From Octopus sinensis (lineage: Eukaryota), in assembly GCF_006345805.1 (NCBI RefSeq), contig NC_042997.1, positions 151,156,001 to 151,220,000 on the forward strand: a stretch of DNA of 64,000 bases, read 5' to 3'. A program made the position numbers and the translations under genes. Below are positions 50,944 to 63,780 of this stretch, in pieces. The notes beneath the pieces were generated by a model, which worked only from the letters and a program-made list of their open reading frames with translations, had not been told where the DNA came from and ran no database searches. Numbering within the stretch: the first letter of the stretch is position 1; each line of letters begins with the position of its first letter.

Positions 50944-53900
50944 ACACACTCAACAGATTTGAATTTTGGAGAAGAAAAGAATACTCACTTCAGGCTACAA
51001 GTAGATTTAAATGCCAAGAACCCTCCTAAGTATCCTGCCTGTTCCTAATAACAGTGATTTCTGCAGCTGTACTATACTGGATTTTATGCCTATTCCCTCT
51101 AAACATATTTTTAGGGATAGTTCCCGGTGCACATAAAACTACTGGGATACATTTTACCAGCACTTTCCATAGTCTCTGTAATTCGATTGTTGTAAGGTTA
51201 TAGTACTTTGCTATTTTTCTATACTTCTCATATTAAATATTTCATTATTTAGGATTGTAAAGTCTTGCACATTTTATTCTCTTTATCTATTAGTATCAAA
51301 TGAAGCCTTCTAGCATCTATTACTCTGTCAGTTTGAATGATAAAGTCCAGCAACATCTTGTATTTCTTACCTTTTATTTTCTTTTACTAGGGTCATGTTC
51401 ATACCATTTATCAGTATGTTCACATCCTTACATTCTGTATAGATCCCAGTGGATTGCTCTCACTAGATTGTCATGTCTTTTTTGTATTCTTTCTGTACCA
51501 GCATGCTACAATCATCTATTGATCTATACTGGGAATCTACTTGGTTTTTGTCAATTTTGACAATCATCCAGTTATTCCTTAACACTTGATCTTGTGATGC
51601 TACTAACATACTATCTGTCTCACTCTTCAGATTTCCTTTCTGCATCAATAACCACGTCACATTATTACTATTTGCTGAAACTATCTATGAGAATCTACAA
51701 TGCCAGTCAGATAATTTCTGTTATTTTTCCTGGTTTTTAAGTTCGTGTGGTGTTTTGGTTTTCCTATGCCTTGCTATAACGTGACTAGCTTTCTTCACTA
51801 TTACGTAGATAGTAGTTTATATCTACTTTAGCAAATATATTGAATTCCTACATAGCTCCTCTGTTCCAATTTTTACTAATTCAGTATCAAAGTAATGATA
51901 CTACCCAAGTATTTCCAACCTTCACTAGATTCGGACCATATGGTTTTGACTTCACTAGCTACCTCACACTCAGGTTTAGTTTTCATAACTATAATTAATA
52001 CTCTGTCAGATTCTAATACTCCTAGATAGTTATAACACTCTCCTCCTTTCAATGAATTTAATATCTGGCCATATGGTAACTGGATGACTTCGCAAGTGAC
52101 TACCTGTCCCCTTCTCATGATTAATATTGCACACTTATCTATACCAAATTCTATGCTAATTTCTTTGCTCAAGATTCTAACTGTCTGTATTAAGGAATCT
52201 ATCTCCTTTTCATTCTTACTAAAGATCATCCATGTAGAGCAAATATATAATTTTCCCACTACTATTGCCTTTGCCTTCCTTAATACTAAACTGAGGAGTA
52301 TCAAACATAGACAAATATCAAAGGGGACAACAAGACTCCCTGAGAAATTCCTCTTTTGACATTAGCTTTCCCGAAGAGTGTGTCACATGAGTAGAGATCT
52401 ACTTTCCATTTCTTCATGATTAAGCTCATTAATATTCTTATGTTGACTGCCACACTGAATATATTCAAACATTAATTTAGCCATAAGTGTGGGATCATGT
52501 CATATTATCTATCCATGCTATTGTTAAATTTTTCTTTCTAGATTTTACTTCATTTATAACTGCTTTATCTATATATAGTAGATCATGCCTTTCTCTAACC
52601 TTCTTCCTGCAACCCCTTTGTTCCTCTGGTAGTAAATTCTGGTTGTCAATGTGCTCGAAATGCTTTCTGAAAGTATTCCTGTTAACAACTTCCACACTAA
52701 TGGTAAGCAAGTGATTTGTGTGCAAGTGTTAGCAGTATTACCCTTGCTCACATCCTTCATAATGAGTATTGTCCTCCCTTTATTATTCCTCCGTTAAAGC
52801 ATTCCTGAAGTTGTTCCCTCCGTCTCCCATGTAAAATATTGAATTTCTTTAGCTGGTGCTGGGCCCTTTCGATTCGGCACTTTCCTAACACCTTACTCAT
52901 TAATGCACTAGTTAATGTTAGATCTGGCTAGTTATCACTCATTATTTACTTCTTCCCTCACTTTCTTTAACCATAATGTATCTCCGTTATGATTGACATG
53001 TTTATCCCAAATATTAGTAGCGAACTTTCTAGATTCTTCTGCATCAGGTTTCTCATCTTCAGTATTTCGTTCTCCACTATTTATTTGGTTATATAATCTC
53101 CTCTGGTCTGTCTCAAATAATCTATTTTTGTTGATACTAATCTAATTTTGTGATATCTGGAGAACTTGCCTGCTACTGCTATGATACGCTGTTTCAAGAC
53201 TTCTATTATTCATCCCTAATCCTTTCTCTTTGACTAATTATATTTCCTCGAGGGAAGATTTGCATCATGTGTTTATTTTCCAGGCTTCTATTCTACTCAT
53301 ATCTAGTCTTAAAATCTCCACTTTATTTAGCAGTTATCTTTTACACATTTTCACTTTTTTAATTTTACCCTGTGAGATATCTAATCTCCTGATGACTACT
53401 ACCCTCCTGCATAGATCAATAATTTAGTGTCTCCCAATTCTTTAGTATCTATCCTCCTGAAAAAGAATGCACTTTCCTTGTTATTTCTGGTAGCGTCTTT
53501 CTGTTGATGTCTTTTAATGCTGGCAAAATTATCATACGTCTTTACTGATTACTTCCATCAATACATCTAAAATATTTTGATCTTCCTCCCATAAATTATT
53601 TACGTTGTTGGTGCCAGTTGTTGCATACTTATTGGTAGTGGTATTATTATTTTTTCCTTCGGGTTCTTCATTGGCTTAAACTGTAACACTTATGTTGTTG
53701 TTTTGTCTTTCCCACTGCCTCGTCTTTCTTTTCCAGTTGCCTATTCTATCTCCAATCTTGTCATCGACTTTCTTCTCCTAATGTCATTAGCTTGATCAAC
53801 TAATCTCTGATCAGTCATTTTAAACATACCCTTGTCTACTCAAGGTTTTAACATCCGTTTTCTATAGCTTATTCTTTTAGGTTCACTTTCTAAGTAGCAC

Positions 53901-54050
53901 TGCATCACTATTTGCTTTCTTCGTTGGTCCACTTTCTCACCCTTACTCTATTATCTGCTGATGCTGTATTAGGATGACAGGTGTGGTCAGTCTCAATCTT
54001 TGCAGATCCACTACCCAGCAGTAGGCCTTCCTTAAAGGTCCAACTTCATT
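50941..54050 (-). mobile_element. Element A: old, near full-length but heavily decayed R4/Dong-like RLE retrotransposon
   Basis: Collinear motifs RVRKWTNEE..VMQCYL (Myb-like N-terminus), ITCLPLVWKLLTG, LPEEQRGC, RGISQG..LSP, LYMDD (52225-52239), FGIDKC, GNLKSETDSMLVASQDQ, KRHD, QKSLLLGTA. Many stops and frameshifts. Confidence 0.82.
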
Positions 54051-54206
54051 TTCGCTATTACAACCAGAGTTTCTTCAGAAACTCCTGACTCTCATCAAAT
54101 GAGGTAAAGTAACGTTCTACACGATCGTTATCACCACTATTACATTTCGACGTTTGAATGTTTTAAGCAACTTTGTATTTCATCATTTGTCGCACCTCAC
54201 TGCTGA

Positions 54207-54236
<30 letters not shown>
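54207..54236. repeat. (ATT)10 linker between elements A and B
   Basis: Ten perfect ATT units. Confidence 0.95.
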
Positions 54237-54239
<3 letters not shown>

Positions 54240-54333
54240 TAGTTTTATTTTTATAGCGTGCTTTCACTTCACTACCGAGCACAGCTCTGTGTGCCTTGGG
54301 TATGTGCTGTGATTTGTTGTGATGCTCTGATGG

Positions 54334-57300
54334 TTATTGTATGGAAAGTGTTCTGCGTAGGATGTGTGCAGTGCCTAGTAGTGCAATTTTCTGTATGTTA
54401 TATGTGTTTGTAAGTCCTGGTGTTTTTGTTATGTATTTGTCTGAATATTTTTTTATCATGCCTAATGCACCTACTATGATAGGAATTGTTTCTGTTTTCA
54501 GATTCCACATTCTAGTTAACTCTATTTCCAGGTCTTTGTATTTTGAAAGGTTCTCCATTTCTTTTAGAGACACGTTGTCATCAGCCGGTATTGATACATC
54601 AATTAGAAAGCATTTTTTTTCTTCATGGTCTCTGACAACTATATCTGGTCTGTTGGCCTTAATTTCTCTATCTGTGTGTATCGGCATATCCCAGAGTATG
54701 GTTGCTTTCTCGTTTTCTGTGACCTTTTCTGGTGTGTGCCTATACCATCTTTTTTCTGTTGTTATTCCATAATGTTGGCATAGCTTCCAATGTATGTAAG
54801 TTCCAACTCTGTCATGTCTGTGAATATATTCCTTCTTAGCCAGGACTGGGCAGCTAGAGATAATATGATTTATTGTTTCTTGTCCATCTCCACATATTCT
54901 GCAGTACTTGTAATATTTCTTTTCATTACATGTCTTTGGTAATTTCTGGTGGGGAGGCTTTGGTCTTGTGCTGCAATTAAAAATCCCTCTGTTCTGCTTT
55001 GAGTCCTGAGCTTCTCAACCATTGCTGGGATTTTTCTTGTCTATTTCTTTTGCGTTTAGTTTAGTCCAGTATTTACCATGAAGGGGCTTTTCTTGCCATC
55101 GTTTTATCATGGTTCGTTGCTGTTCTATTTTTAGTTTGGATTTCATTTGTTTTATAGCTTTTGTTGTTTCTTCATCTTCTTCTTCTTCTTCATGTTTATT
55201 AGGTGGTATGATTTCTTGTTTGTATTTGTCAGCTTCCTTAAATACTGAGAACAGTTTTTTGTTTTGCTCGTGTTTTGCCGCTATCTGGATCAGCTTTCCT
55301 TCCTTCTGAAGTAGATATTTTTGCAGTCCTATGGTGGTTATTTTATAGTAGTTTTCCAGCTGTATAAGTCTTCTACCACCTTCTATACGTTTTATATATA
55401 GTCTTTCTATGTCAGATTTTGGGAGATGCATCCAGGATCCTGTCACTATTTTTCTTGTTTTCCTATCTATTTTGGACAGTTCATATCGTGTCCAGTTAAG
55501 GATATTGTAGATGTAACTTATAACTGGGACAGCTAAAGTGTTGATACCTATTATCTTGTTTTTAGCATTGAGCTCTGTGTTTAGTATTGATCTGACTCGT
55601 CTATAATATTCTTTTTTTATTTTCTCTTTCATTTGTGGTGTGTGTTGTGTTTATCTAGTTCATGGATTCCTAAGTATTTGTAAGTTTGGCTTTGGTCTAA
55701 TTCTTTTATTTCATTTGCTTCATCTAGTGTGATGTTGTTACTCTTAACTAGTTTTCCTCTTTTCATGGTTACTTTGGCGCATTTTTCTAATCCAAATTCA
55801 TATCTATTTCTTTGGTAAATCCATGAACTGTCTTTAATAGTGTTTCCAGCTGTTTGTCATTTGCAGCGTATAGTTTTAGGTCATCCATATATAAAAGGTG
55901 GCTGATCGTTTTGCCGTAACATTTATATCCGCATCCAGTTCTATTTAGCATATCAGATAGAGGTGACAGTGCCAAGCAGAAAAGGAGTGGAGAGAGCGTA
56001 TCTCCCTGGAATATTCCTCTTCTAATGTAGATGTCTTTGGTTTTCATGAGTCCCTCTTTTGTTTGGAGGTGTAGGACTGTTTGCCATTTATTCATAGAGT
56101 GCTCTATGAATTTTATGATTGTTGGTGCTACTTTGTTAATGGCTAGTGTTTCGAGGATCCATGTGTGGGGGATGCTATCAAACGCCTTTTTGTAGTCAAT
56201 CCAGGCCATACTGAGGCCTTTCTTCTTTCTGTGGCTGTCTTCAGTTATGGCTTTATTAATCATTAGTTGATCTTTACAGCCATATGAGCCTTTGCGGCAT
56301 CCTTTCTGCTCTTCTGGGAACAGTTTGTTTTCGTCCAGGTGCTTGTTCAGCCTTTGTGATATCACTGCAGTAAATGCCTTGAACATAGTAGGGAGGCAGG
56401 TTATTGGTCTGTAGTTTTCTGGTTTTTCTGTTTCATTTGATTTGGGAATTAAGATGGTTTTCCCCTTCGTGAGCCATTCAGGCATTGTCTCTGGCTCTGC
56501 TAGTACGTTGTTAAAGTTTTCAGCCAGCTTTTTGTGCATTCCTGTTAGATATTTCAACCAGAAGTTGGGGATCTTGTCATGCCCAGGTGCCTTCCAGTTG
56601 CTTAGTCTTTGCAGTGCCTGGGTGACCTCTTCAGTTGTTATGGGGGTCCAAATTTGTTCAGATGCCGAGTGTGTTATTTTGATACTCCTTTTTTTGGTGG
56701 TTCGTTCGCCGACCATATTTCTCCTCAGAATTCTTCCAATTCTTCTGCCGTTGGTGCTGCAGTGACTTCTATTTTATTTTTGCCCAGTTCTTGGTAGAAC
56801 TTTTTGGGGTTAGAGTTGAACTTTTTGTTTTCTTCAAAGAAGCGTTGGCGTTTCTTGTACCGGCGGATCATTTGTGCTTTGGCAAGGATATCTTGCTTCA
56901 GCTTTTCTTTTATTTCAGGCAAATCTTTCTCTGTGATGTTATATTTGCGGAGTATTTTTGTTCTCTTTTTGTTGCTCAGTAGCGTTGATTGTTTGCTGAT
57001 TTCATTAAGAATCGACAGGTCTTTTCTATTTTTTTTTATTTTGCTTTGGATGTTATTTATCCACAGGGTTTGTTTGGGTGGTGGTACTCCTGTTTGGGCG
57101 GGTTTGGGTGAGTATCCAGCTTCTTTTGTGGCTGCAGTGGCTGCTGCGTATATTAGGTTATTTAGCTCAGTGATATCACTTTTTTTTGATTCAGTGGCTA
57201 TCAGTTCAGTGACGGCTAGGTTTATGCTGTTTATAATAGGTGTTGTTATTTCGTTTATTTTTATTCTTGGGAGGTATGGTCGGTGGTCCATTTGAGCTCT

Positions 57301-57972
57301 GTGGTTTTCAGTCTTTGATTATTTTATTTTTTATATTATCATAATCATTAGGCTCCCCTTCGTTGTTTACATCGTGTTTGTTGGGAATGTTGCGTTTGTC
57401 TTCGTGTTTTACAGTTTCAGTGTTTATATTATTGGGCATTGTTGTGTGGCTTCTATCTACATTTTCCTGGTGTATGTTTTCTTTTAGGTGTTCTATTTCT
57501 ATTTCTGATATTTTTTTGTGTTGAGAATGTATCTTCGTACGTTAGCTAATTTATTAGGGTTCATTGCTGTATCCAAGTCTAAATCTCTATTATTTTCCTT
57601 CCATATTTTATATGTATGTGTTGTTGTATTTTCATTTTTGGGGTAGAGTACTGCTGTGAAGTATGCGTGTAAGATAGAAATGTATTCCTCACGTGTCCAT
57701 TTACGTCTTTTGGGTTTTATTTGCGGGACATGAGGTACAACGTCCGGCCCATTATTTTGACGGTCGTCATTTTCGTAGGGTACCGGTCCGTTTATTTCTG
57801 TTGTCACATTATTTCGCACGTGTAGTTTTTCGTACATTTTTTGTTGTAGGTTTAATGTACGTACCGCTCGATTGTTATTCTTGGGTTGAATAGTATCGGT
57901 GGCATTTAATTTCTTCGTAGTTCCTTTGTACATGGTGTTTGGGGTCGGAGATGATCGTGATGTTTCACGCAT
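54334..57972 (-). pseudogene. Polyprotein of element B, at least six frame lesions
   Basis: KRRKWTREE (Myb-like); NWKAPGHDKI, NYRPITCLP, EEQKGC, AWIDYKKAFDS, RGIFQGDTLSP, HLLYMDDL (RT); CRICGDGQETINHIISSC (CCHC); NRPDIVV..CFLIDVSIP..E.LSKY (RLE). Confidence 0.92.
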
Positions 57973-58174
57973 GTTTACATGTGTTCCGTTAGAGGTGGAG
58001 ATGATATCGAGTCAAAATACATCATTTCGTTTCGAAAATAGTAATAAATTTCAATTTGTATTACTTACTCGGATACAGTCCAATTCTTTGTTAGTAAAAC
58101 TTTGGCTCCATAGGATGTCCTTGTTTTCGATGTTTGTGGATAGGTTTCGGAGCTCTGAATTTTCCTTCTTACAT

Positions 58175-58418
58175 CTTAAAAGTCCCCCGGTGTTCTCTCT
58201 TAAAAGTCCCCCGGTGTTCTCCTCTTAAAAGTCCCCCGGTGTTCTCCTCTTAAAAGTCCCCCGGTGTTCTCCTCTTAAAAGTCCCCCGGTGTTCTCTCTT
58301 AAAAGTCCCCCGGTGTTCTCTCTTAAAAGTCCCCCGGTGTTCTCTCTTAAAAGTCCCCCGGTGTTCTCCTCTTAAAAGTCCCCCGGTGTTCTCCTCTTAA
58401 ATGTCCCCCGGTGTTCTC

Positions 58419-58419
<1 letters not shown>
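58175..58419 (-). repeat. Ten tandem 24/25-bp units at the 5' end of element B
   Basis: Plus-strand unit CTTAAAAGTCCCCCGGTGTTCTC(C)T. Lengths in order 24,25,25,25,24,24,24,25,25,24. One substitution, in the outermost unit. Confidence 0.97.
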
Positions 58420-58480
<61 letters not shown>

Positions 58481-58509
58481 TATTATTATTATTATTGTTA
58501 TTATTATTA
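58420..58509. repeat. (ATT)n linker between elements B and C
   Basis: Direct reading. Confidence 0.95.
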
Positions 58510-59340
58510 GTGATTTTCTTCGCAGAGCGTCTATCACTAGGGATATATTACGGTGATAGCTGTTCACTACGAGTCAACTAAGGTAACACCTATTATTTTT
58601 CGAGCCCCACCCGGAGTAATCGAGCGGTCCCAAGTGTTTTCTCCAAGTGCTCCACCCTTATTGCAGCCTATATTTGTTCCATATACTTCTCAAATTTGTT
58701 ACTCACTGTTCTCACTGTTCCCAGGACTCCGACAATCTTTGGCACTGCTACCAACTTTTTCAGTGTCCACAATTGCTAAACTTCTCAAGCTAACCTGTCA
58801 TGTTTATCGACTTTTCTTCCTTCCTTATCGCCTGCCTTGTTGTCAGCTGGGCATGCTATATCTATGATGTAGCATCGTTTGCTTTCTTTCTCAATTAACT
58901 ATGTCTGGCTTTCTATTCTCTGTCTCATGGTCGCACTGAATCATAAAATCCCATAGGATCGTTGCATTATCATTTTCGGTGATGCCATCGGGTTTACGTT
59001 CGTACCACTTTTTGCTCTGTCAATTCCATACTTGTTGCAAAGGGTCCAATGGACAATCCTTGCTATAATGTCATGACGTCTCATATTCTTTCTGGCTTGG
59101 TGGCGTATAGTGACTGGTAATATGCTATACTATTTCACCATTTTGTCCACAAATTCTGCACTTATCACTTTCTGATGTGGTGTCGATTCTATATTTGATG
59201 TAATTCGTTCTTAATGTTTGCTCTTGGGCAGCACATATTAGAGCCTCCGTTTCCGGTTTTAAATGATTTTTTGTCATGCATAACCATCTTTTTCTCTGTC
59301 TTATCTTCAACATCCCTAGCATGTTTTCCGAGGGGGAAGA
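58510..59340 (-). mobile_element. Element C: 3' fragment of a third R4/Dong-like family
   Basis: HLKPETEALICAAQEQTLRTNYIK..ID..SDKCRICG, KWYERKP..ITENDNATILWDF, RKPDIV..KRCYIIDIACPAD, LGTARLLR, then UTR and (TAA)n. Confidence 0.82.
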
Positions 59341-59543
59341 GGACTGATTGGACGCAAACACAGCATTAGAGCACAAGAAATCAACATCGCATAGTATGTA
59401 AAAACAAATGCCGCAGAACCATTATTATTGGCAGTAAGAAGGTCAGGCTTCTGTAGGATGGAAGATTGCAAAGATAAAGCACTGTATATGCACTTTAGAA
59501 TGAATGAAACTGAAAATAGTTTTATAAAGAAAAATTATTCATA

Positions 59544-59727
59544 TTCTTCTTCTTCTTCTTATTATTATTATTATTATTAGTAGTAGTAGTAGTAGTAGTA
59601 GTGTAGTAGTAGTAGTAGTAGTAGTAGTAATAGTATTGAGTGAGTGAGTGATTGAGTGAAAGAGCAGTGTATGCTATCGAAGAAGAAGAAGAAGAAGAAG
59701 AAGAAGAAGAAGAAGAAGAAGAAGAAG

Positions 59728-59757
<30 letters not shown>
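59544..59757. repeat. Compound (TTC)n-(TTA)n-(TAG)n and (GAA)n microsatellites
   Basis: Direct reading. Confidence 0.92.
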
Positions 59758-59758
<1 letters not shown>

Positions 59759-60757
59759 GCGTATGCCCGGATTTGTAACTTACCTTATTATTTGAAGTTG
59801 TCATCACTTTTATGAAGATTATTTACTTCCATTCTTAGCTCATTTTACATCTCAGTGAAATGTATACATATACATACACAGATACACGTCTACACGTACA
59901 TATATATAAATGTGTGTGTGTGGAGGAAAGGCCATACTTAATTTTGGAGTCTTTAAAATGTCGCCAACGAAACTTGAAATGAACTTCACTCTATTCAAAG
60001 GCACATGTCAAAATTTCAATACGGTTCTTATGCCATCAACCTATTTAAAGCAGCGTAAAATGATTCACCAAGCTAATCTGATTATTGAAGCACACGAATT
60101 CCCCATCGATGCGAATGAAGAGGATGGGGAAAGACAACATTGAATGACTTATCAATGATATTTCAATAGATTTCCAGATAAAAGTGTTCGTTCCGAAAGG
60201 AATTCCAAACTAGCTGAAGAAAATCCCCGGAATTTCAATGGCATTGGCTATATTTACAATATGACAACTGAATTATATGTTCCGTAACATTATAGGGGGT
60301 CAACAATTTCCTTTGTTGTTAGTGACTTCATAAAAATACATTCTTAGACAATTTACGTTTTAAAGATTTGTTAGTTGTTTGCAGCCTCCCCAGGTTTCTT
60401 TTAACAGTTGTTCGAAAATCTTCCCTAATATTACAGGCTACATTTTTGTTATCCTATCATATCTTTCTTCTTAGTCCCTTTCTTTTTGTCTTGGCTTTCT
60501 TTTGCTCACTGTGGCAAATGTTACATGTTTACTTCTTTTTTATTCATTTCGTATTTTCTTTTCTTTTTCAACGCAAAATAATTTTCTTTTGTTCTGTCTC
60601 TCTCAAACAATATTTATTTCTCCACTATATATTTCCAAATATTATTTCACATGCTATCTCTAATTCTATCTATTCTCACGTTTGTAATATTATTTACTCT
60701 ATTAATGTGTCTTGTGCCCGTGTCTCACTCGCTTTTACTTGCTCTCTCTTTCCTACA

Positions 60758-60759
<2 letters not shown>

Positions 60760-60797
<38 letters not shown>

Positions 60798-60928
60798 AAT
60801 CTATTTCTTCTATTCTACTTCTCTTTTTCAATCATTATATATTTCTTTCTGTCAAATTCACAGTTTATTTTCCAGATCTCTCTCTTCGTCTATATCTGCT
60901 CTTATCTCTATCTGTTTTGTACGATCTT

Positions 60929-60970
<42 letters not shown>

Positions 60971-61135
60971 CTCGCTCTCTACCTCTCTATCTACCTATCT
61001 ATCTATCACCATTTCTCTCTTTCCCTATCCACACTTTCTCCTATCTCTCTTTGTCTCTCTCCCCACTTTCTCCTATCTCTCACTTTCTCTCTTTCCCCAT
61101 TTTCTCCTATCTCTCTCTCTTTCTCTCTTCTTCTC
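60760..61135. repeat. CT-rich low-complexity tract
   Basis: (CT)n runs with degenerate repeats; explains the L/S-rich ORFs. Confidence 0.85.
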
Positions 61136-62049
61136 TTGAGCGAACTGTGTATCTTTATATTTTCCTTTCTCTTCTTTCCCCATTATCCCAACACTTTATC
61201 CCTACCTCTCCTCAACCTTTTCTAACTTGCAACGTTCAATAATTTGTTATCACCCTTTCTATTCTTTAGAGAATAGATTTGAAACAGAAAATAAAGAACG
61301 ATATTATAAAACTGTATATTAAAAAATAAAATAAAAGATTTGGAGGATAAATTATTCTTCATCAAATTGATATATTCCGAAGTTTCCGAAACTGAATTGT
61401 AATCTCAAGGAATCTCTTCAAGAAACAATCTGAGAAATTGGCATATTTCCAAATATTACAGAAGTACTGACCTCCCTTTTTTTTCTCATAATCTATTCTA
61501 TATTTTTGGCAGTCTGCCAGTATGTGAAGATTTGAAAGAAATTTTTCGTAAGTATATTGAAAAGATCTCACGGACAGGAAGAGTTTGGATGTACTTATTA
61601 TAGTATGAAGCATCACACGCCACACAGAACAGCCTTAAGATATCTATCAGTGATCAATTCTTTTGTGGGAAAGGGCGGAAAAAATACTAAAGAAGTAATT
61701 ATTGTTGAATAAATAAATAAGCAAATAAATACTAGCTTAAACATACTGCTCGAATATCGCAATTCCAATTTCTTTTGTCTAGTTATTTTTTGTAAGAAAA
61801 ATTTTACGATTCTGAAAGACCGATTTAAACAAAAATAATTTATGATCAAATATAAAATGAATGACACGGTTTCAATACGACAATAATGGATATGAGAACA
61901 ATAGCGTCAGTAATATATATTATATAGAAAATATAACCTGAAAATGTTGGTTCGAAGCCCACAGGCAGCCATCAACGTTTCCCCTCTACTTGAAACGAAC
62001 GTCTTATCATACAAATAGACAGACAGATAGGTAGCTAGGGAGGTCGATA

Positions 62050-62065
62050 AATAGATAGATAGATG

Positions 62066-62157
<92 letters not shown>

Positions 62158-62182
62158 CATACATACATACATACATACATAC
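62050..62182. repeat. (AGAT)n-(ACAT)n microsatellite
   Basis: Direct reading. Confidence 0.95.
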
Positions 62183-62244
62183 ATAATGGAATACAATCAA
62201 AATACAGTTATCACCGTTCACATTCCGAAATACACATGACATAC

Positions 62245-62515
62245 CGTTGGTTACGATGGTGAGGTTTACAAATGATCATGAAAATAAAACGCAACTGGCT
62301 GAAGTTCCACAGACACGCCTACTCTAAGCATAACATAATTCTCAAGGAGATTCAGCGTCATACAGAATGTGACTAGATTGGTCCTTTGAAATACAGGTAC
62401 TACTCATGTTTATACCCGCACTACTCATTGAAATACAGGTACTGCTCATTTTTGCCAACTGAGTAGACTGGAGCAACATGAAATGACGCGTCTTACTCTA
62501 GGACACGACGCACCG
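62245..62515 (-). mobile_element. Degenerate SINE with a CORE-like central domain
   Basis: GCCAACTGAGTAGACTGGAGCAACATGAAATGACGCGTCTTACTCTAGGACAC resembles the reverse complement of a CORE-like domain as recalled. Internal duplication of GAAATACAGGTACT(A/G)CTCAT. Confidence 0.6.
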
Positions 62516-63741
62516 TGAATTTTCGATTTCAGAATTTTACGATTGTGAGTTATATACTGCCATAGTTGCACCTACTAGTGATATTAGAATCTGGATATCA
62601 CGGAGGAACAGCATCTCTCATTAGCAAGAGTTCTGGAATGGTGTAACTTACCTTCAAAAAGTTTTATAGGACGTTTTTTTTTTCATGGTATGTAAGAGAT
62701 ACCATTTAATTGGACGTGATGCGATAATCAGTCATGCCAAGCAATAAAGCGGGCTTTAAACATAGAGTGCTTTATATCCAGTAAGATACGATACCCCCAC
62801 TCTACCTTAGGGCGGGCGTACCTTGATCAGATTTTGATACATGCTGGTTGGGCGAACGAAGAGGTCCAATGCAGTTATCTCTGTTCAGAGAAATTCACTG
62901 TATTAAAACTTTTTAAGCGGATACCAAAGAAGTTAAATTTAATATACAAAACGGGTACTAATTATTGAATTCTATATACTAGGTGTTCAGACTAATTTTT
63001 TTTAGTTTCATGTGTCCTTATTTAGGAAAAGCTTTTTTGTATTTGTAAACAGTTAACATTATTGGGGAGGACAAAGATTAACGTCTTCTCCGATACTGTT
63101 GGTGGACAAATTTAGCAGACATGTTCGAATGGAAGCTACTTGAATATTAGAGATTTACATGTAGGCTTTTCGACTCAATTCTCTGTATTCTGCCATTTTG
63201 GCCAGATAAAATATAATTCGTTTTTCGGTATCTTCGTTTGGAAATATATTGATTTCTGACGAGGGCACAAGTTTCCATATTTGTGGGCACAAATTGTGAA
63301 TGTGTGCTCTGCTACTTCTATCGTAGGTTATTTCCACCACTTATTTTATGGAGGCATTTAAAAGCATGGCAATTAAACCCATTGCCAGAACCGTTGCGTA
63401 TTTTCCAAAAATCAGATGGATGAAAGAGAAATTTGTAAATTGTGCAAAGCAGTGTTACGATTTTATAACCTGTCGTCTAACAGACATAGGAAATATAATC
63501 TCTGTATACATACATACATACATTCATACATACATACATACACACAAACATGTATATGTATATATATATATAGTACTTTTGAACTATGAGCTAATATGTT
63601 TGCCTATGGCTTGATATTTCTATTAAAGATAATTTGCAGTAACTCTTTTATCATCACAAGTAAATAAAATACAAGGGCCACCACATACACTAACTACAGT
63701 AACATAGCTTTTGGTCAAAGCGATTTTATTTCCTTTACATC

Positions 63742-63780
<39 letters not shown>

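Larger units (their letters stand above)
54237..58419 (-). mobile_element. Element B: apparently full-length R4/Dong-like RLE non-LTR retrotransposon
   Basis: 5' tandem array, single long broken ORF (Myb-like, RT, CCHC, RLE), 3' UTR of about 100 nt, (TAA)n on both flanks. Confidence 0.92.

Noticed and set aside
58175-58419. CRISPR-like array
   Set aside because: The units are contiguous with no unique spacers, no cas genes are present, and the context is a eukaryotic retroelement.
58175-58419. Repeat-encoded endless ORF
   Set aside because: The 25-bp units shift frame into TAA-containing frames on both strands, so no continuous ORF crosses the array.
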